From NCBI GenBank assembly GCA_018061145.1, contig JAGOUR010000003.1, positions 32,170-96,169 on the forward strand: a stretch of 64,000 nucleotides of DNA, given 5' to 3'. This stretch comes from Minisyncoccota bacterium. Its GTDB lineage: Bacteria > Patescibacteriota > Minisyncoccia > Phycocordibacterales > UBA9973. Position numbers and translations under genes: made by a program. This document shows positions 20,210-29,849 of the stretch, piece after piece. Positions within the stretch are counted from its first letter, which is position 1; the number at the start of each line of letters is the position of its first letter. The notes beneath the pieces were generated by a model. The model was not told the origin of the DNA and made no database searches. It worked only from the letters and a program-made list of their open reading frames with translations.

Positions 20210-21211
20210 ATGCACATGTCAAATCAACTAGAAATTTCCGTAAATAAATACGGAGGAGTCGTTCTGGGAACGGCCAATCACTACAAAAATGTTTTAGCTT
20301 ATCATGAGAATGGGGGAAGTGGTAGCTCAAAGACCATAAATGTCTGTTCAGCTTCTGGTAAAACCACTGAGCTATTGCGTGGAATCACTGATGTGTTTGA
20401 GCTATATGAATTAATCCCAAAAGCTTCATACCAAAAACTCATTAAAAGATTTTTAGATCAGTTCAAATTCAATCACATCAAATTAATTGGAGAACTTTTT
20501 CAAGATCAAAAACCCAGAGGAAGAAATGCTAAAGATCATTTCATGCTTCATTACGGAAATTTGAAAATGATCATAGATTCTATGGATTTTAGTGACTTTT
20601 CAATTAACCAATTTAATCATTCTACAAAGAAAGCTGAAATATTGGGATTTGGGGAGTTGGCTAGTTCAGCAATTTTTAGTGATTATTTTAATGCTTTCGA
20701 AATTCGAAATCTTTTACTAGATTCAAGGGAATTTATCAAAACTGCGAGTCCTGGAGTTGAAGACACTTACATGTTTGATTACACAAATGCTCCAGTAGAT
20801 TTTGAAGAAACAAAAAAAATCTGCATCCCTAAGTTCACTTTTTCTTTTGAGAATTATGACATGATAGTTTGTCAGGGTTTCGTGGCAAAAGATTCTCGTA
20901 CAGGTAAAGATACCTTACTGGGGGATGATGGGTCTGATTACTCTGGCGCAGTATTGGGGGTAACTCTGAGAGTAAAAGATGTGTCTTATTTTAAAGATGT
21001 AGATGCCGTTATGACGGAAGATCCGGAAAAAAACCCTGATGCACGAGCTATCTACGACATCTCCTACGAGGATTATGACAAATTGTGTCAAAAAAATGGT
21101 GGGGGCCCTGTACGTAGGGATTCTGTAGCTCTTTTGGGGAGTTCTAGTATTCCAACCTATGTAAGGTTCGTCGATCGTCCTTTTAGTAAAAAATACACAA
21201 CTATTCATTGA
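20210..21211 (+). CDS. Amino-acid-kinase family protein (aspartokinase-like catalytic domain without ACT domains)
   Basis: KYGGVVLGTA and VCSASGKTTELL N-terminal motifs, and DDGSDYSGAVLG...DVDAVMTEDP, resembling the aspartokinase / UMP-kinase fold; 333 aa. Confidence 0.5.
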   Translation: MHMSNQLEISVNKYGGVVLGTANHYKNVLAYHENGGSGSSKTINVCSASGKTTELLRGITDVFELYELIPKASYQKLIKRFLDQFKFNHIKLIGELFQDQKPRGRNAKDHFMLHYGNLKMIIDSMDFSDFSINQFNHSTKKAEILGFGELASSAIFSDYFNAFEIRNLLLDSREFIKTASPGVEDTYMFDYTNAPVDFEETKKICIPKFTFSFENYDMIVCQGFVAKDSRTGKDTLLGDDGSDYSGAVLGVTLRVKDVSYFKDVDAVMTEDPEKNPDARAIYDISYEDYDKLCQKNGGGPVRRDSVALLGSSSIPTYVRFVDRPFSKKYTTIH

Positions 21212-21293
21212 TTGTTGTTATTAAAGTAAATAAAGAGGGTCTGCTTTTGCAGGCCTTTTTTTATTGCCCATTTTTCAGGTATAATAGGAGGAT

Positions 21294-22193
21294 ATGCAAG
21301 ACATCAATGATATACAGGCACAGATTGATACATTAGAGCAGGAGATGCAGGGTCCCGATTTCTGGTCCGACAAAGTCCGAGCTCAATCTACTATTAAAAA
21401 ACTTCAAGAATTAAAAGATGAATTGCTCGGTGCAGAGAAATACGACCGAGGTAGTGCGATACTGTCTATACTGTCCGGCGCAGGGGGTGATGATGCCGAG
21501 GATTTCACCGCCATGCTCGTACGCATGTATACAAAATATTTTGACCAAAAAGGTTTTTCATATTCATTGATCCATCAACACGAGAATGATCATGGTGGAT
21601 ACCGAAATATTTCTTTTGAGGTAGGAGGTAAGAATGCTTATGGATTGCTGAAGAATGAGTCTGGCGTGCATCGACTAGTCCGTATATCACCATTCAATGC
21701 AAAGTCTCTCCGGCATACATCATTCTCTCTCGTAGAAGTGATTCCAAAATTTGATAAAAACAGTGATCCTATAGAGATACCCGCGGATGACCTTAAGATA
21801 GAATTCTCTAAATCTGGAGGCCCCGGTGGCCAGAATGTGAACAAGAGAGAAACTGCAGTTCGTATCGTGCATATCCCTACGAATCTATCAGTGCACGTCG
21901 CAACAGAGAGATCCCAAGAACAGAATAGGGATAGAGCGATGGAGATGCTAAAAGGAAAGTTGTTCAAGAAGAATGAAGAAGACAAAGCTAAAATAGCATT
22001 GGGTATGACTCCGACAAAGACCACAGAGATAGAGTGGGGTAATCAGATCAGGAACTATGTGCTCCATCCATATAAATTGGTAAAAGATTTGCGCACAGGG
22101 GTGGAGACTTCAAATGTCGATAAGGTATTGGAAGATGGAGATATAGAGGAATTTATCACAGCAGGACAAAAACTCCAATCGGGCAATATTTAA
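21294..22193 (+). CDS. prfB: Peptide chain release factor 2 (short form; no programmed frameshift site evident)
   Basis: SPF tripeptide motif (RISPFNAKS) and GGQ motif (SGGPGGQNVNK); TATAAT at 21280-21285 and AGGAGG RBS directly upstream of the ATG. Confidence 0.85.
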   Translation: MQDINDIQAQIDTLEQEMQGPDFWSDKVRAQSTIKKLQELKDELLGAEKYDRGSAILSILSGAGGDDAEDFTAMLVRMYTKYFDQKGFSYSLIHQHENDHGGYRNISFEVGGKNAYGLLKNESGVHRLVRISPFNAKSLRHTSFSLVEVIPKFDKNSDPIEIPADDLKIEFSKSGGPGGQNVNKRETAVRIVHIPTNLSVHVATERSQEQNRDRAMEMLKGKLFKKNEEDKAKIALGMTPTKTTEIEWGNQIRNYVLHPYKLVKDLRTGVETSNVDKVLEDGDIEEFITAGQKLQSGNI

Positions 22194-22227
22194 AAAATAT
22201 ATAAACACTGTATAATAGAATAATAAA

Positions 22228-22914
22228 ATGATTTACTTCAATAATGTTACAAAAAAATATGCAGAATTCGACACAGAGCCATCACTCGAAGATGTAACCC
22301 TATCTATAGCTCCAGGGGAGTTCGTGACTGTAGTCGGCCACTCTGGCGCAGGCAAGACGACTCTGACAAAGCTCATTCTAGCAGAAGAAAAGCCTACATC
22401 AGGTACCGTTTCTTTTCAGTCTGTAGATATTCATAAGTTATCAGAAAAAGATTTAACAAAACTACGCCAGAGAATAGGTGTAGTTTTTCAAGATTTTAGA
22501 TTGATACCAAACAAGAATGCCTACGAGAATATAGCCTTTGCTATGGAGGCTATCGGCCGTGATGATGACGAGATAGATTCCGATGTAAATCATGTACTAG
22601 CCCTAGTGGGCCTCGAGAATAGGGCACTACACTTCCCACACCAGCTCTCTGGGGGAGAAAAGCAAAGACTAGCTATCGCCAGGGCGATAATAAACCAACC
22701 GGACATCATAATCGCTGATGAGCCTACGGGGAATCTAGATCCAAAGAATGCTCACGAGATAGTGAATATTCTAAAGAAGATAAATACATTGGGTACTACA
22801 GTGGTCCTGACTACTCACAACAAGGGTATAGTGGATAGTCTAGGCAAGCGTGTAGTTACACTTGAAAATGGGCGCATTATTCGCGACGATAAGGATGGTA
22901 AGTATGTGATATAA
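22228..22914 (+). CDS. ftsE: Cell-division ABC ATPase FtsE
   Basis: Walker [13 protein letters not shown] signature [14 protein letters not shown], Walker [13 protein letters not shown]; followed by ftsX. Confidence 0.85.
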   Translation: MIYFNNVTKKYAEFDTEPSLEDVTLSIAPGEFVTVVGHSGAGKTTLTKLILAEEKPTSGTVSFQSVDIHKLSEKDLTKLRQRIGVVFQDFRLIPNKNAYENIAFAMEAIGRDDDEIDSDVNHVLALVGLENRALHFPHQLSGGEKQRLAIARAIINQPDIIIADEPTGNLDPKNAHEIVNILKKINTLGTTVVLTTHNKGIVDSLGKRVVTLENGRIIRDDKDGKYVI

Positions 22915-22925
22915 TAAATATATAT

Positions 22926-23849
22926 ATGTCTTGGAAAAATACTAAAAGAACAATTCGTGCTGGTTCCCGTAGCTTCTTCCGAAGTGGATTTACCTCTGTA
23001 TCTGCTGTGCTTGTGATGGTCATCACACTATTCGTCATCACAGGCTTGTTTTTTGTCCAAGCTTCTTTGACTACAGCTCTTTCAAATATGAAAGACAAAG
23101 TAGATGTGACTGTATATTTTGTCCCTCGTGCTAATGTGGACACTATTGAATCCATAGAATCTGCTATCAAGAAAGCTCCCGAGGTAAAGAGCGTGGAATA
23201 TGTATCCGCAGAAGAAGCCCTAGCTATATATAAAGAAAAGCATTCAAATGACAATCTGATTCTCCAGGTTTTTGATATTTTAGACGAGAACCCACTAGGA
23301 GCATCCCTAAATATAAAAGCAAAAGATCCAGCTCAGTATGAGAGTATCTTAAATTATCTAAAGAGTGATAGTGTACTGTCTGCAGGCATGCTCTCTGTTA
23401 TCGACTCTGTTGACTATAGTCGCAACAAACTGGTGATAGATAGATTGAATAATATAATAGACGGCGCTCAGCGTATGGGATTTATGTTGGCTGTGATTCT
23501 AGTCTTTATATCTATCATAATTACTTTCAATACTATGCGCCTGATCATATATATGTCTCGCGAGGATATCAGTGTTATGAAGCTAGTAGGTGCGGGGAAT
23601 AAATACATCCGTGGTCCATTCATCATCTCTGGTATATTGGTTGGATTATTTGCATCAGTCATCAGCATCCTATTGTTTTGGCCGGCATCATACTGGCTGG
23701 GCCACTCTATGACAGACTTCCTCGGTATTGATCTTTATGTATATTACAAATCTCAATTTGTTCAATTATTCTTTATCCAGATTATCGCAGGTATAGCTAT
23801 CGGTGCTGTGTCGAGCTTCCTTGCTGTGCATAAATATCTAAATAAATAA
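22926..23849 (+). CDS. ftsX: Cell-division permease-like protein FtsX
   Basis: 307 aa; N-terminal TM, large periplasmic loop, 3 C-terminal TM helices; synteny with ftsE. Confidence 0.8.
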   Translation: MSWKNTKRTIRAGSRSFFRSGFTSVSAVLVMVITLFVITGLFFVQASLTTALSNMKDKVDVTVYFVPRANVDTIESIESAIKKAPEVKSVEYVSAEEALAIYKEKHSNDNLILQVFDILDENPLGASLNIKAKDPAQYESILNYLKSDSVLSAGMLSVIDSVDYSRNKLVIDRLNNIIDGAQRMGFMLAVILVFISIIITFNTMRLIIYMSREDISVMKLVGAGNKYIRGPFIISGILVGLFASVISILLFWPASYWLGHSMTDFLGIDLYVYYKSQFVQLFFIQIIAGIAIGAVSSFLAVHKYLNK

Positions 23850-23852
23850 ATT

Positions 23853-25529
23853 ATGAAAAAGACTGAAAACAATTCATCAGCCAAGGATGTGTCTAAATGC
23901 AAATATGTGTTTGTCGTCGGTGGTGTAATATCCGGAGTAGGAAAGGGTATAGCTGCTTCATCTATCGCTCGTATCCTACAGGATCGTGGTCAGGTGGTGA
24001 CTGCAATCAAGATTGATCCGTATATAAATATAGATGCGGGGACTATGAATCCTACAGAGCACGGAGAAGTCTTTGTGACAAATAGTGGAGATGAGTGTGA
24101 TCAGGATATGGGTAACTACGAGAGATTCCTGAATATAAATCTAGAGCATATAAACTACATGACTACTGGTCGTGTATATCAATCAGTCATAGAACGCGAG
24201 CGCAATCTGGGATACGGTGGGGCGTGCGTACAGGTGGTGCCTCATATTCCGCTCGAAGTCATCGGCCGTATCGAGGCTGCTCGTGACGCAGTAGGTGCAG
24301 ATGTCGTAGTGATCGAGATCGGTGGTACTGTAGGTGAATACGAAAACATTCTATTTCTAGAAGCTGCCCGAATGCTCAAGATAAAGCATCCAAAGGATGT
24401 ATTCTTTGTGATGGTCTCATATCTACCGATACCTTCAAAGGTAGGCGAGATGAAGACAAAGCCTACACAGCATGCAGTCCGCACTCTGAACTCTTCTGGT
24501 ATTCAGCCAGATATTATAATCGCACGTAGCAATCAGCCACTAGATGAAAAGCGTAAAGAAAAGCTATCAATGTTCTGCAATGTGTCACCGGAGAGGATAA
24601 TCTCTGCTCCTGATGTGGATAGTGTATACGACATACCTATCAATTTTGAAAAGGAGGGTCTGGGCGATATGATCTGCGATGTAGTATCTATGACTTGCGA
24701 TCCTGCGGACAATCCTGGGTCTCGTGCTTGGAGGAAATTTGTAAAATCTACACACAATACAAAAGGCGAGGTAAAGATCGCCGTGATCGGTAAATATTTT
24801 GACACAGGAGATTTTACTTTTTCTGATTCATATCTGTCTGTTATCGAAGCTATAAAGTACTCTGCATATGCAGTCGGTCGCAAACCAGTACTGACATGGC
24901 TATCATCTACTACTTTTGAAAAAGATCCAAAGAAATTAAAAGAACTTTCTGGCTATGATGGTATTATCGTTCCTGGTGGGTTCGGTACTCGTGGTGTAGA
25001 GGGGATTATAAAAGCGATAGAATACGCCCGCAAGAATAAGATCCCATACTTTGGATTATGCTACGGTATGCAACTACTCGTGATCGAGTACGCTCGAAAT
25101 GTACTAGGACTAAAAGATGCACACACGAGAGAGGTGAATCCAAAATCTACAAATATCATAATCGATATTATGGAGAGTCAAAAAGAAAATGTAGCTACAA
25201 AGCGTATGGGAGGATCGATGCGTCTGGGTGCATATACTGCAGTCTTGAAAAAGGGTAGTGTAGCAGCAAAGGCATATGGCAAGACCGAGGTGAGCGAGCG
25301 CCACCGCCATCGCTACGAAGTGAACAATGATTATGTAGAGAGGTTAGAAAAAGCAGGATTGGTATTCTCTGGAAAATCTCCAGACGGACATCTATGTGAA
25401 GTAGCCGAGTTGAAATCAGCAGAGCATCCATTCTTCCTAGGTACTCAATATCATCCGGAATTCCTAGCTCGACCACTGGATCCGCATCCACTGTTCACTG
25501 CATTTATGAAAGCTTGTATAAAGAAGTAA
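23853..25529 (+). CDS. pyrG: CTP synthase
   Basis: KYVFVVGGVISGVGKGIAASS N-terminal synthetase motif; C-terminal class-I glutamine amidotransferase (GLCYGMQ, HRYEVN); 558 aa; terminator hairpin at about 25542-25570. Confidence 0.95.
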   Translation: MKKTENNSSAKDVSKCKYVFVVGGVISGVGKGIAASSIARILQDRGQVVTAIKIDPYINIDAGTMNPTEHGEVFVTNSGDECDQDMGNYERFLNINLEHINYMTTGRVYQSVIERERNLGYGGACVQVVPHIPLEVIGRIEAARDAVGADVVVIEIGGTVGEYENILFLEAARMLKIKHPKDVFFVMVSYLPIPSKVGEMKTKPTQHAVRTLNSSGIQPDIIIARSNQPLDEKRKEKLSMFCNVSPERIISAPDVDSVYDIPINFEKEGLGDMICDVVSMTCDPADNPGSRAWRKFVKSTHNTKGEVKIAVIGKYFDTGDFTFSDSYLSVIEAIKYSAYAVGRKPVLTWLSSTTFEKDPKKLKELSGYDGIIVPGGFGTRGVEGIIKAIEYARKNKIPYFGLCYGMQLLVIEYARNVLGLKDAHTREVNPKSTNIIIDIMESQKENVATKRMGGSMRLGAYTAVLKKGSVAAKAYGKTEVSERHRHRYEVNNDYVERLEKAGLVFSGKSPDGHLCEVAELKSAEHPFFLGTQYHPEFLARPLDPHPLFTAFMKACIKK

Positions 25530-25576
25530 AATATAAAATTCCCCACCAGTCGGACTGGTGGGGAATTTTATATTTA

Positions 25577-26305
25577 TTATGCTAGTGTTGCTTTTCCGTC
25601 TCTGATCTTTGTATTCTTGATGATTTTCAGTATCTCATCTTCATCATCAGTGATAGTGTACAAATCAAAATCTTTTTCTGCGACAGTTTTGAATTTATCT
25701 ACCATTACACTCTTGATAGCATTTTGGAATGGCATCCAGAACTCTGTGCCTACTAGTATGATCGGCACATCATCTATTTTTTTTGTCTGGCGTAGTGTGA
25801 GCATCTCGAACAATTCATCGAATGTACCAAAACCTCCAGCAAAGAATAGACAAGCCTCAGTAGTGTAGGACATAGATATTTTTCTTGTGAAAAAGAAATA
25901 GAAGGGTACTACATCTGTGACATATGGATTGGTCTTTTGCTCAAAGGGGAGCTTGATAGTCAGGCCTACTGATTTTCCTCCTGCATCGTATCCTCCGCGA
26001 TTTGCCGCCTCCATGATACCACCACCTCCACCGGATAGAATCGCTGCACCTGTCTCCTCAGATATACGCTGTGCTATCCTGCGAGCTCTTATGTATTCTG
26101 GGTGATCTTCTGGTAGTCTTGCTGAACCGTAGAATGTGACAGATGGACTAAAAGACTGGATCATATCTATACCTTGTCTGAATTCCTCTTGGACCATACA
26201 TAGCTTTGTCTCTTCATTGTCCTCTCCGTATAATGTGACACATCCTTCACGGATGTCGTCTATTGTTAAATGTTTCGGTCTAAATACTTGTGGTTCTTCT
26301 TTCAT
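25577..26305 (-). CDS. LOG-family protein (TIGR00730; cytokinin riboside 5'-monophosphate phosphoribohydrolase-like)
   Basis: GGGGGIMEAANRG and FAGGFGTFDELFE (PGGxGTxxE-like) motifs. Confidence 0.8.
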   Translation of the reverse strand: MKEEPQVFRPKHLTIDDIREGCVTLYGEDNEETKLCMVQEEFRQGIDMIQSFSPSVTFYGSARLPEDHPEYIRARRIAQRISEETGAAILSGGGGGIMEAANRGGYDAGGKSVGLTIKLPFEQKTNPYVTDVVPFYFFFTRKISMSYTTEACLFFAGGFGTFDELFEMLTLRQTKKIDDVPIILVGTEFWMPFQNAIKSVMVDKFKTVAEKDFDLYTITDDEDEILKIIKNTKIRDGKATLA

Positions 26306-26424
26306 CCTTTAATAATAACCCGCCGTACTATATTTTTCAATTGTTTTTTATCTATTTTGTGGTAATATACCAATTTTTTGTGCAGGGAGCTTCATGATTA
26401 TATAAATCAGTAATTTAAGAGTAT

Positions 26425-26718
26425 TTAATCTAATAAAACAATACGATTAAAAGGGTTCCATTCATAATCGATTTCTTCTGCGCTGACTAAAAATTCACCC
26501 TTATCCCAGAAAAGATAAGAAACCTGATTTTTAGAGAGGGTGTTTGGGAAATAATATCCAACATTATCTTCTTTAAGCATTTTTCTTGCCTCAATCGGAT
26601 TTGCAAGTACCCAATCAAAATCTTTATCACCCGCAGGGTTACCCCCTAACTTTTCGATTGCTTCCTTAATAGTATTTGCTTCAGTTTGAATGCTTCTAAA
26701 TATAGGTTTGTTTTCCAT
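26425..26718 (-). CDS. Hypothetical protein (97 aa)
   Basis: ORF only. Confidence 0.3.
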   Translation of the reverse strand: MENKPIFRSIQTEANTIKEAIEKLGGNPAGDKDFDWVLANPIEARKMLKEDNVGYYFPNTLSKNQVSYLFWDKGEFLVSAEEIDYEWNPFNRIVLLD

Positions 26719-26796
26719 TGTGAAATTATACTATAAAAATAGTAATTAAATAATACAGAACTCTGTATTATAAATTTATTTGCTGCCCGATAGGGA

Positions 26797-26968
26797 ATTT
26801 CGATCCTTACATGATCAGTACACCTTTTCCATTCGCGAGTACGCTCATAAGGAAAAGGTCTTTGGGGGACCGTGAGTACACTTTTCGATCCTTACAGGAT
26901 CAGTACACCTTTTCCATTCGCGAGTACGCTCATAAGGAAAAGGTCTTCGAATCCCTAATGCATATGAA
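26797..26968. repeat. Tandem direct repeat, two 86-bp units with about 98 percent identity, each with a 9-bp hairpin (ACCTTTTCC...GGAAAAGGT), next to tRNA-Gln
   Basis: tcgatccttaca[T/G]gatcagtacaccttttccattcgcgagtacgctcataaggaaaaggtct occurs at 26800-26862 and 26886-26948. Confidence 0.7.
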
Positions 26969-27017
26969 GCAGTTCATATGCTTCGGGCGCAAAAAACTCG
27001 CTATGCTCATTTATTTG

Positions 27018-27088
27018 CTGCCCGATAGGGATTCGAACCCCAATTAACGGTTCCAGAAACCGCTGTCCTACCATTAGACGATCAGGCA
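27018..27088 (-). tRNA. tRNA-Gln (CTG)
   Basis: On the minus strand: U1-A72 pair and G73 (Gln identity elements); acceptor TGCCTGA/TCGGGCA; anticodon stem GCGGT/ACCGT with loop TTCTGGA; T-arm TGGGG-TTCGAAT-CCCTA. Confidence 0.8.
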
Positions 27089-27208
27089 ATAGTATCGATA
27101 TATTAGCACAATTTTATAAAAAATCACATGTTTATCACAAATAGAACTTTTTAAAATTTTTTGACATTAATATGTATTAATGATTAAATACATAAAAAAC
27201 AGTAAGAC

Positions 27209-27637
27209 ATGAACAATTTAATACTAATTGGTCCAATTAAGGATCTAATAGACAGTAAGGGTCTATCAAAAAAGTACATCAAAGATGCCAAATTCGTACT
27301 AGTATCTACAGACAATATCGATTACAAGATGATTGTACACTTAAATCAGCATCCATACGATCGCCACGCATTGGCCGTATTTGAATACATGGAAAAGAAT
27401 AGCCTAAAAGAAATCTATTCTTTTGGGGGAGGTAAGATTGTTATGGGTACTATCGATGAGATATTGTTCCATGATCGGTCTTATGCTTTTCACGTAGCTA
27501 ATGAGCAAAAGCTCCAAGAGGTTGCTCGGAGTATTTGGCCTAATTTTTCCCTACAAATATGCACAATGAAACCAAGGTTAAAAGAACCACAACTTCTTTC
27601 CAGAGAGCAAATTTATGAATTTGCTACTCATCCATAA
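27209..27637 (+). CDS. Hypothetical protein (142 aa)
   Basis: ORF followed by a strong terminator at 27653-27683 (AAAAAAGAGCCAA-CCTTGGCTCTTTTTTT). Confidence 0.3.
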   Translation: MNNLILIGPIKDLIDSKGLSKKYIKDAKFVLVSTDNIDYKMIVHLNQHPYDRHALAVFEYMEKNSLKEIYSFGGGKIVMGTIDEILFHDRSYAFHVANEQKLQEVARSIWPNFSLQICTMKPRLKEPQLLSREQIYEFATHP

Positions 27638-27762
27638 CTGGTCTAGTTAAAGATAAAAAAGAGCCAACCTTGGCTCTTTTTTTTGGCAAGAACAGTTCCT
27701 TTTAAAGTTAAAATTTTATAAAAAATCACACTTATTATGTTTAAGTTTTAAAAGATTGTTTA

Positions 27763-28122
27763 TTGTTCTGGTATAATAAAATTATGAAAATCATTAAAAA
27801 ATCTCATGAGACTTTAATTCGCGAAGACGCCCATGGGGGTAGTGGATCACGAAAGGTTTTGCTCTCAGACCGAGAAATTAGCAATGTGCAAGGTTTGACC
27901 TATGGATTTCTTCCAGCAGGTTCTAAATTTGTATGGCATACACATGAAAAGATGAATGAGACTATGCTCGTACTAAAAGGCCACGGAACTGCCAGAGACG
28001 AAGACGATATTTATCAATATAATGAGGGTGATCTGTTTATCTTTCCAGAAGGTGTTTATCACGAAATTGAGAATACATCAGAAGAAGAGAGTGAATATAT
28101 TTTTGTTCGAATTTATAAATAA
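27763..28122 (+). CDS. Cupin-domain protein
   Basis: HTHEKMNETMLVLKGHG ... GDLFIFPEGVYHEIEN, the two-motif cupin pattern. Confidence 0.55.
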   Translation: MFWYNKIMKIIKKSHETLIREDAHGGSGSRKVLLSDREISNVQGLTYGFLPAGSKFVWHTHEKMNETMLVLKGHGTARDEDDIYQYNEGDLFIFPEGVYHEIENTSEEESEYIFVRIYK

Positions 28123-29069
28123 TGTTTAAATTAAATCCAGAAAGAAATATACAGATAAATCAAGAGATAATTTCTAAATTTTTAGAATTATATGATATTT
28201 CTGATTTTACTTTTAAATCGATAGATGAGGGCATTTCCAATAATTCTTTTTTAATAGAAAGTAATAATAAGAAATATGTTCTACGTGTTTATTCTCAAGA
28301 CAGAAAAACTAATGACGAAATTTTATTAGAAATTAAATTTCAGGATTATTTACGAGATAATGGTATAAAAATTCCGTTAATTTACAAGAACAATAAAGAT
28401 GAAGATTTTTTTGTTTTAAATATTGAGGATAAGGATTGGCAATTTTTGTTAATGGAATTTGTGGAAGGGAATAGTATTAATTCTAATATTGACCGTATTT
28501 TGATATCTGACATTGCACAAACTCAGGCAAGGATGCATTTACTTGGCATACAATTTTCAGATTTAGTAAAGGAAGACAATAACAAATGGGCTGATTTGAA
28601 AGATACTATGGCTAATAAAATTGTATCTTTGCCTGTGGATAATTCAGAAGTTTCAGATTTTTTGGAAAGAGTAAGGGCATATAAGTATATCTTAAACCCT
28701 GAACTACCTCATGGATACAATCATCTAGATCTTGATTTTGATGGTAATATAATCGTATTGGACAATAAGGTGAATGGCATAATAGATTTTGATGATCTGA
28801 GCTATTCTCCTTCTGTAGTCTGCCTGGGTTATAGTTTATGGAATATTCTAGGTGATGAAGGCGTTGAGTCTATGAATTATTATTTGGGTGAGTATCAAAA
28901 AATTAGACCCTTAAACAATTTAGAGTTAGAAACTCTCCCAAACATAATTACATTTAGAAATTACGTTATTGGAATTATTAGATTATTGCTTTGGGATGAA
29001 AATACTCCCTTGTCAGACATAGAGGATTTAATTAAATTGGAAGAAAAAATCCCACATTTAAAATTTTAA
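28122..29069 (+). CDS. Phosphotransferase-enzyme-family kinase (APH / homoserine-kinase-II / choline-kinase-like)
   Basis: Brenner motif HGYNHLDLDFDGNII and IDFDDLSYS (catalytic loop and DFG-like Asp). Confidence 0.65.
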   Translation: MFKLNPERNIQINQEIISKFLELYDISDFTFKSIDEGISNNSFLIESNNKKYVLRVYSQDRKTNDEILLEIKFQDYLRDNGIKIPLIYKNNKDEDFFVLNIEDKDWQFLLMEFVEGNSINSNIDRILISDIAQTQARMHLLGIQFSDLVKEDNNKWADLKDTMANKIVSLPVDNSEVSDFLERVRAYKYILNPELPHGYNHLDLDFDGNIIVLDNKVNGIIDFDDLSYSPSVVCLGYSLWNILGDEGVESMNYYLGEYQKIRPLNNLELETLPNIITFRNYVIGIIRLLLWDENTPLSDIEDLIKLEEKIPHLKF

Positions 29070-29081
29070 AATAATGAACAT

Positions 29082-29711
29082 ATGAAAATTACTAAATTTG
29101 AGCAATCTGGTTTTATTATTGAAAATAAAAATGGCTACAAGTTAGCCATCGATATCGCTGCGTATACCCCAGCAGAAAAACTCGAAGGTATAAACGTAGA
29201 TGCTATGATAGTGTCTCATATACATGGTGATCATTTTAATGTTGAACAAATAAAGAAATTGTCTCCCAAAAAATTGTACTTAAATCATGAATGTATCGAA
29301 GTGTTAGGTGAAGAAGAATTATCTTCAGAAATTATACAGATAAAGACTGGGGATATAGTAGATGTAGATGGTATAACTGTGGAATGTTTTGATGTAGACC
29401 ATGGTCCAAATGTGACAGTAAGACCGCTTGAAAATTTTGGTTTTTTAATAAATGTAGATGGAGAAAAAGTTTATTTTTCTGGAGATATGTTTTACTCTTC
29501 TGGCTTAGATGTGTCTAATTTAGAAGTAGACTACGCCCTGATACCTGTCGGAGGCTATTATACATTTGGTCCACAAGAGGCTTTTGATCATGTAAAAAAA
29601 TTCAAAAATATTAAGAATGTGGTTCCTATGCATTATGAAAAGACAAATAATACAAAAGATGAATTTATATCTTTAGCTTCAGGTGAAAATTTTAAAGTGT
29701 TGAGTATTTAA
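29082..29711 (+). CDS. MBL-fold metallo-hydrolase
   Basis: HxHxDH motif VSHIHGDHF; downstream His/Asp ligands. Confidence 0.7.
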   Translation: MKITKFEQSGFIIENKNGYKLAIDIAAYTPAEKLEGINVDAMIVSHIHGDHFNVEQIKKLSPKKLYLNHECIEVLGEEELSSEIIQIKTGDIVDVDGITVECFDVDHGPNVTVRPLENFGFLINVDGEKVYFSGDMFYSSGLDVSNLEVDYALIPVGGYYTFGPQEAFDHVKKFKNIKNVVPMHYEKTNNTKDEFISLASGENFKVLSI

Positions 29712-29776
29712 TTTTTATCACAATCGCAGTTCTCGCAAAACAGTCTAATTATGTTCAGAATCAAAGAAAATATGAA

Positions 29777-29812
29777 ATAGCCTAACTGTTGTATCGCAGT
29801 TAGGCTATTTTT
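29777..29812 (+). terminator. Intrinsic terminator (AGCCTAACTG-ttgtatcg-CAGTTAGGCT plus T-run)
   Basis: 10-bp perfect stem followed by ATTTTT. Confidence 0.65.
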
Positions 29813-29814
29813 GC

Positions 29815-29849
29815 TTGCAATACATATTAGCATATGCTAATATGTATTT
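29815..29849 (+). promoter_or_regulatory. Sigma70 promoter (-35 TTGCAA, 17-nt spacer, -10 TAATAT) overlapped by a perfect 28-bp palindrome (ATACATATTAGCATA|TGCTAATATGTAT), the likely operator of the downstream ArsR-family repressor; the start codon lies about 7 nt after the -10, so the mRNA may be leaderless
   Basis: Hexamers and spacing counted directly; the palindrome at 29820-29847 is self-reverse-complementary. Confidence 0.6.

Noticed and set aside
21294-21330. Looked for the RF2 programmed +1 frameshift (CUU UGA C)
   Set aside because: The gene has its own promoter and RBS and starts downstream of where the shift site would be; no upstream ORF0 was seen.
26811-27047. 78-aa ORF
   Set aside because: It spans the 86-bp tandem repeats and the tRNA-Gln gene.
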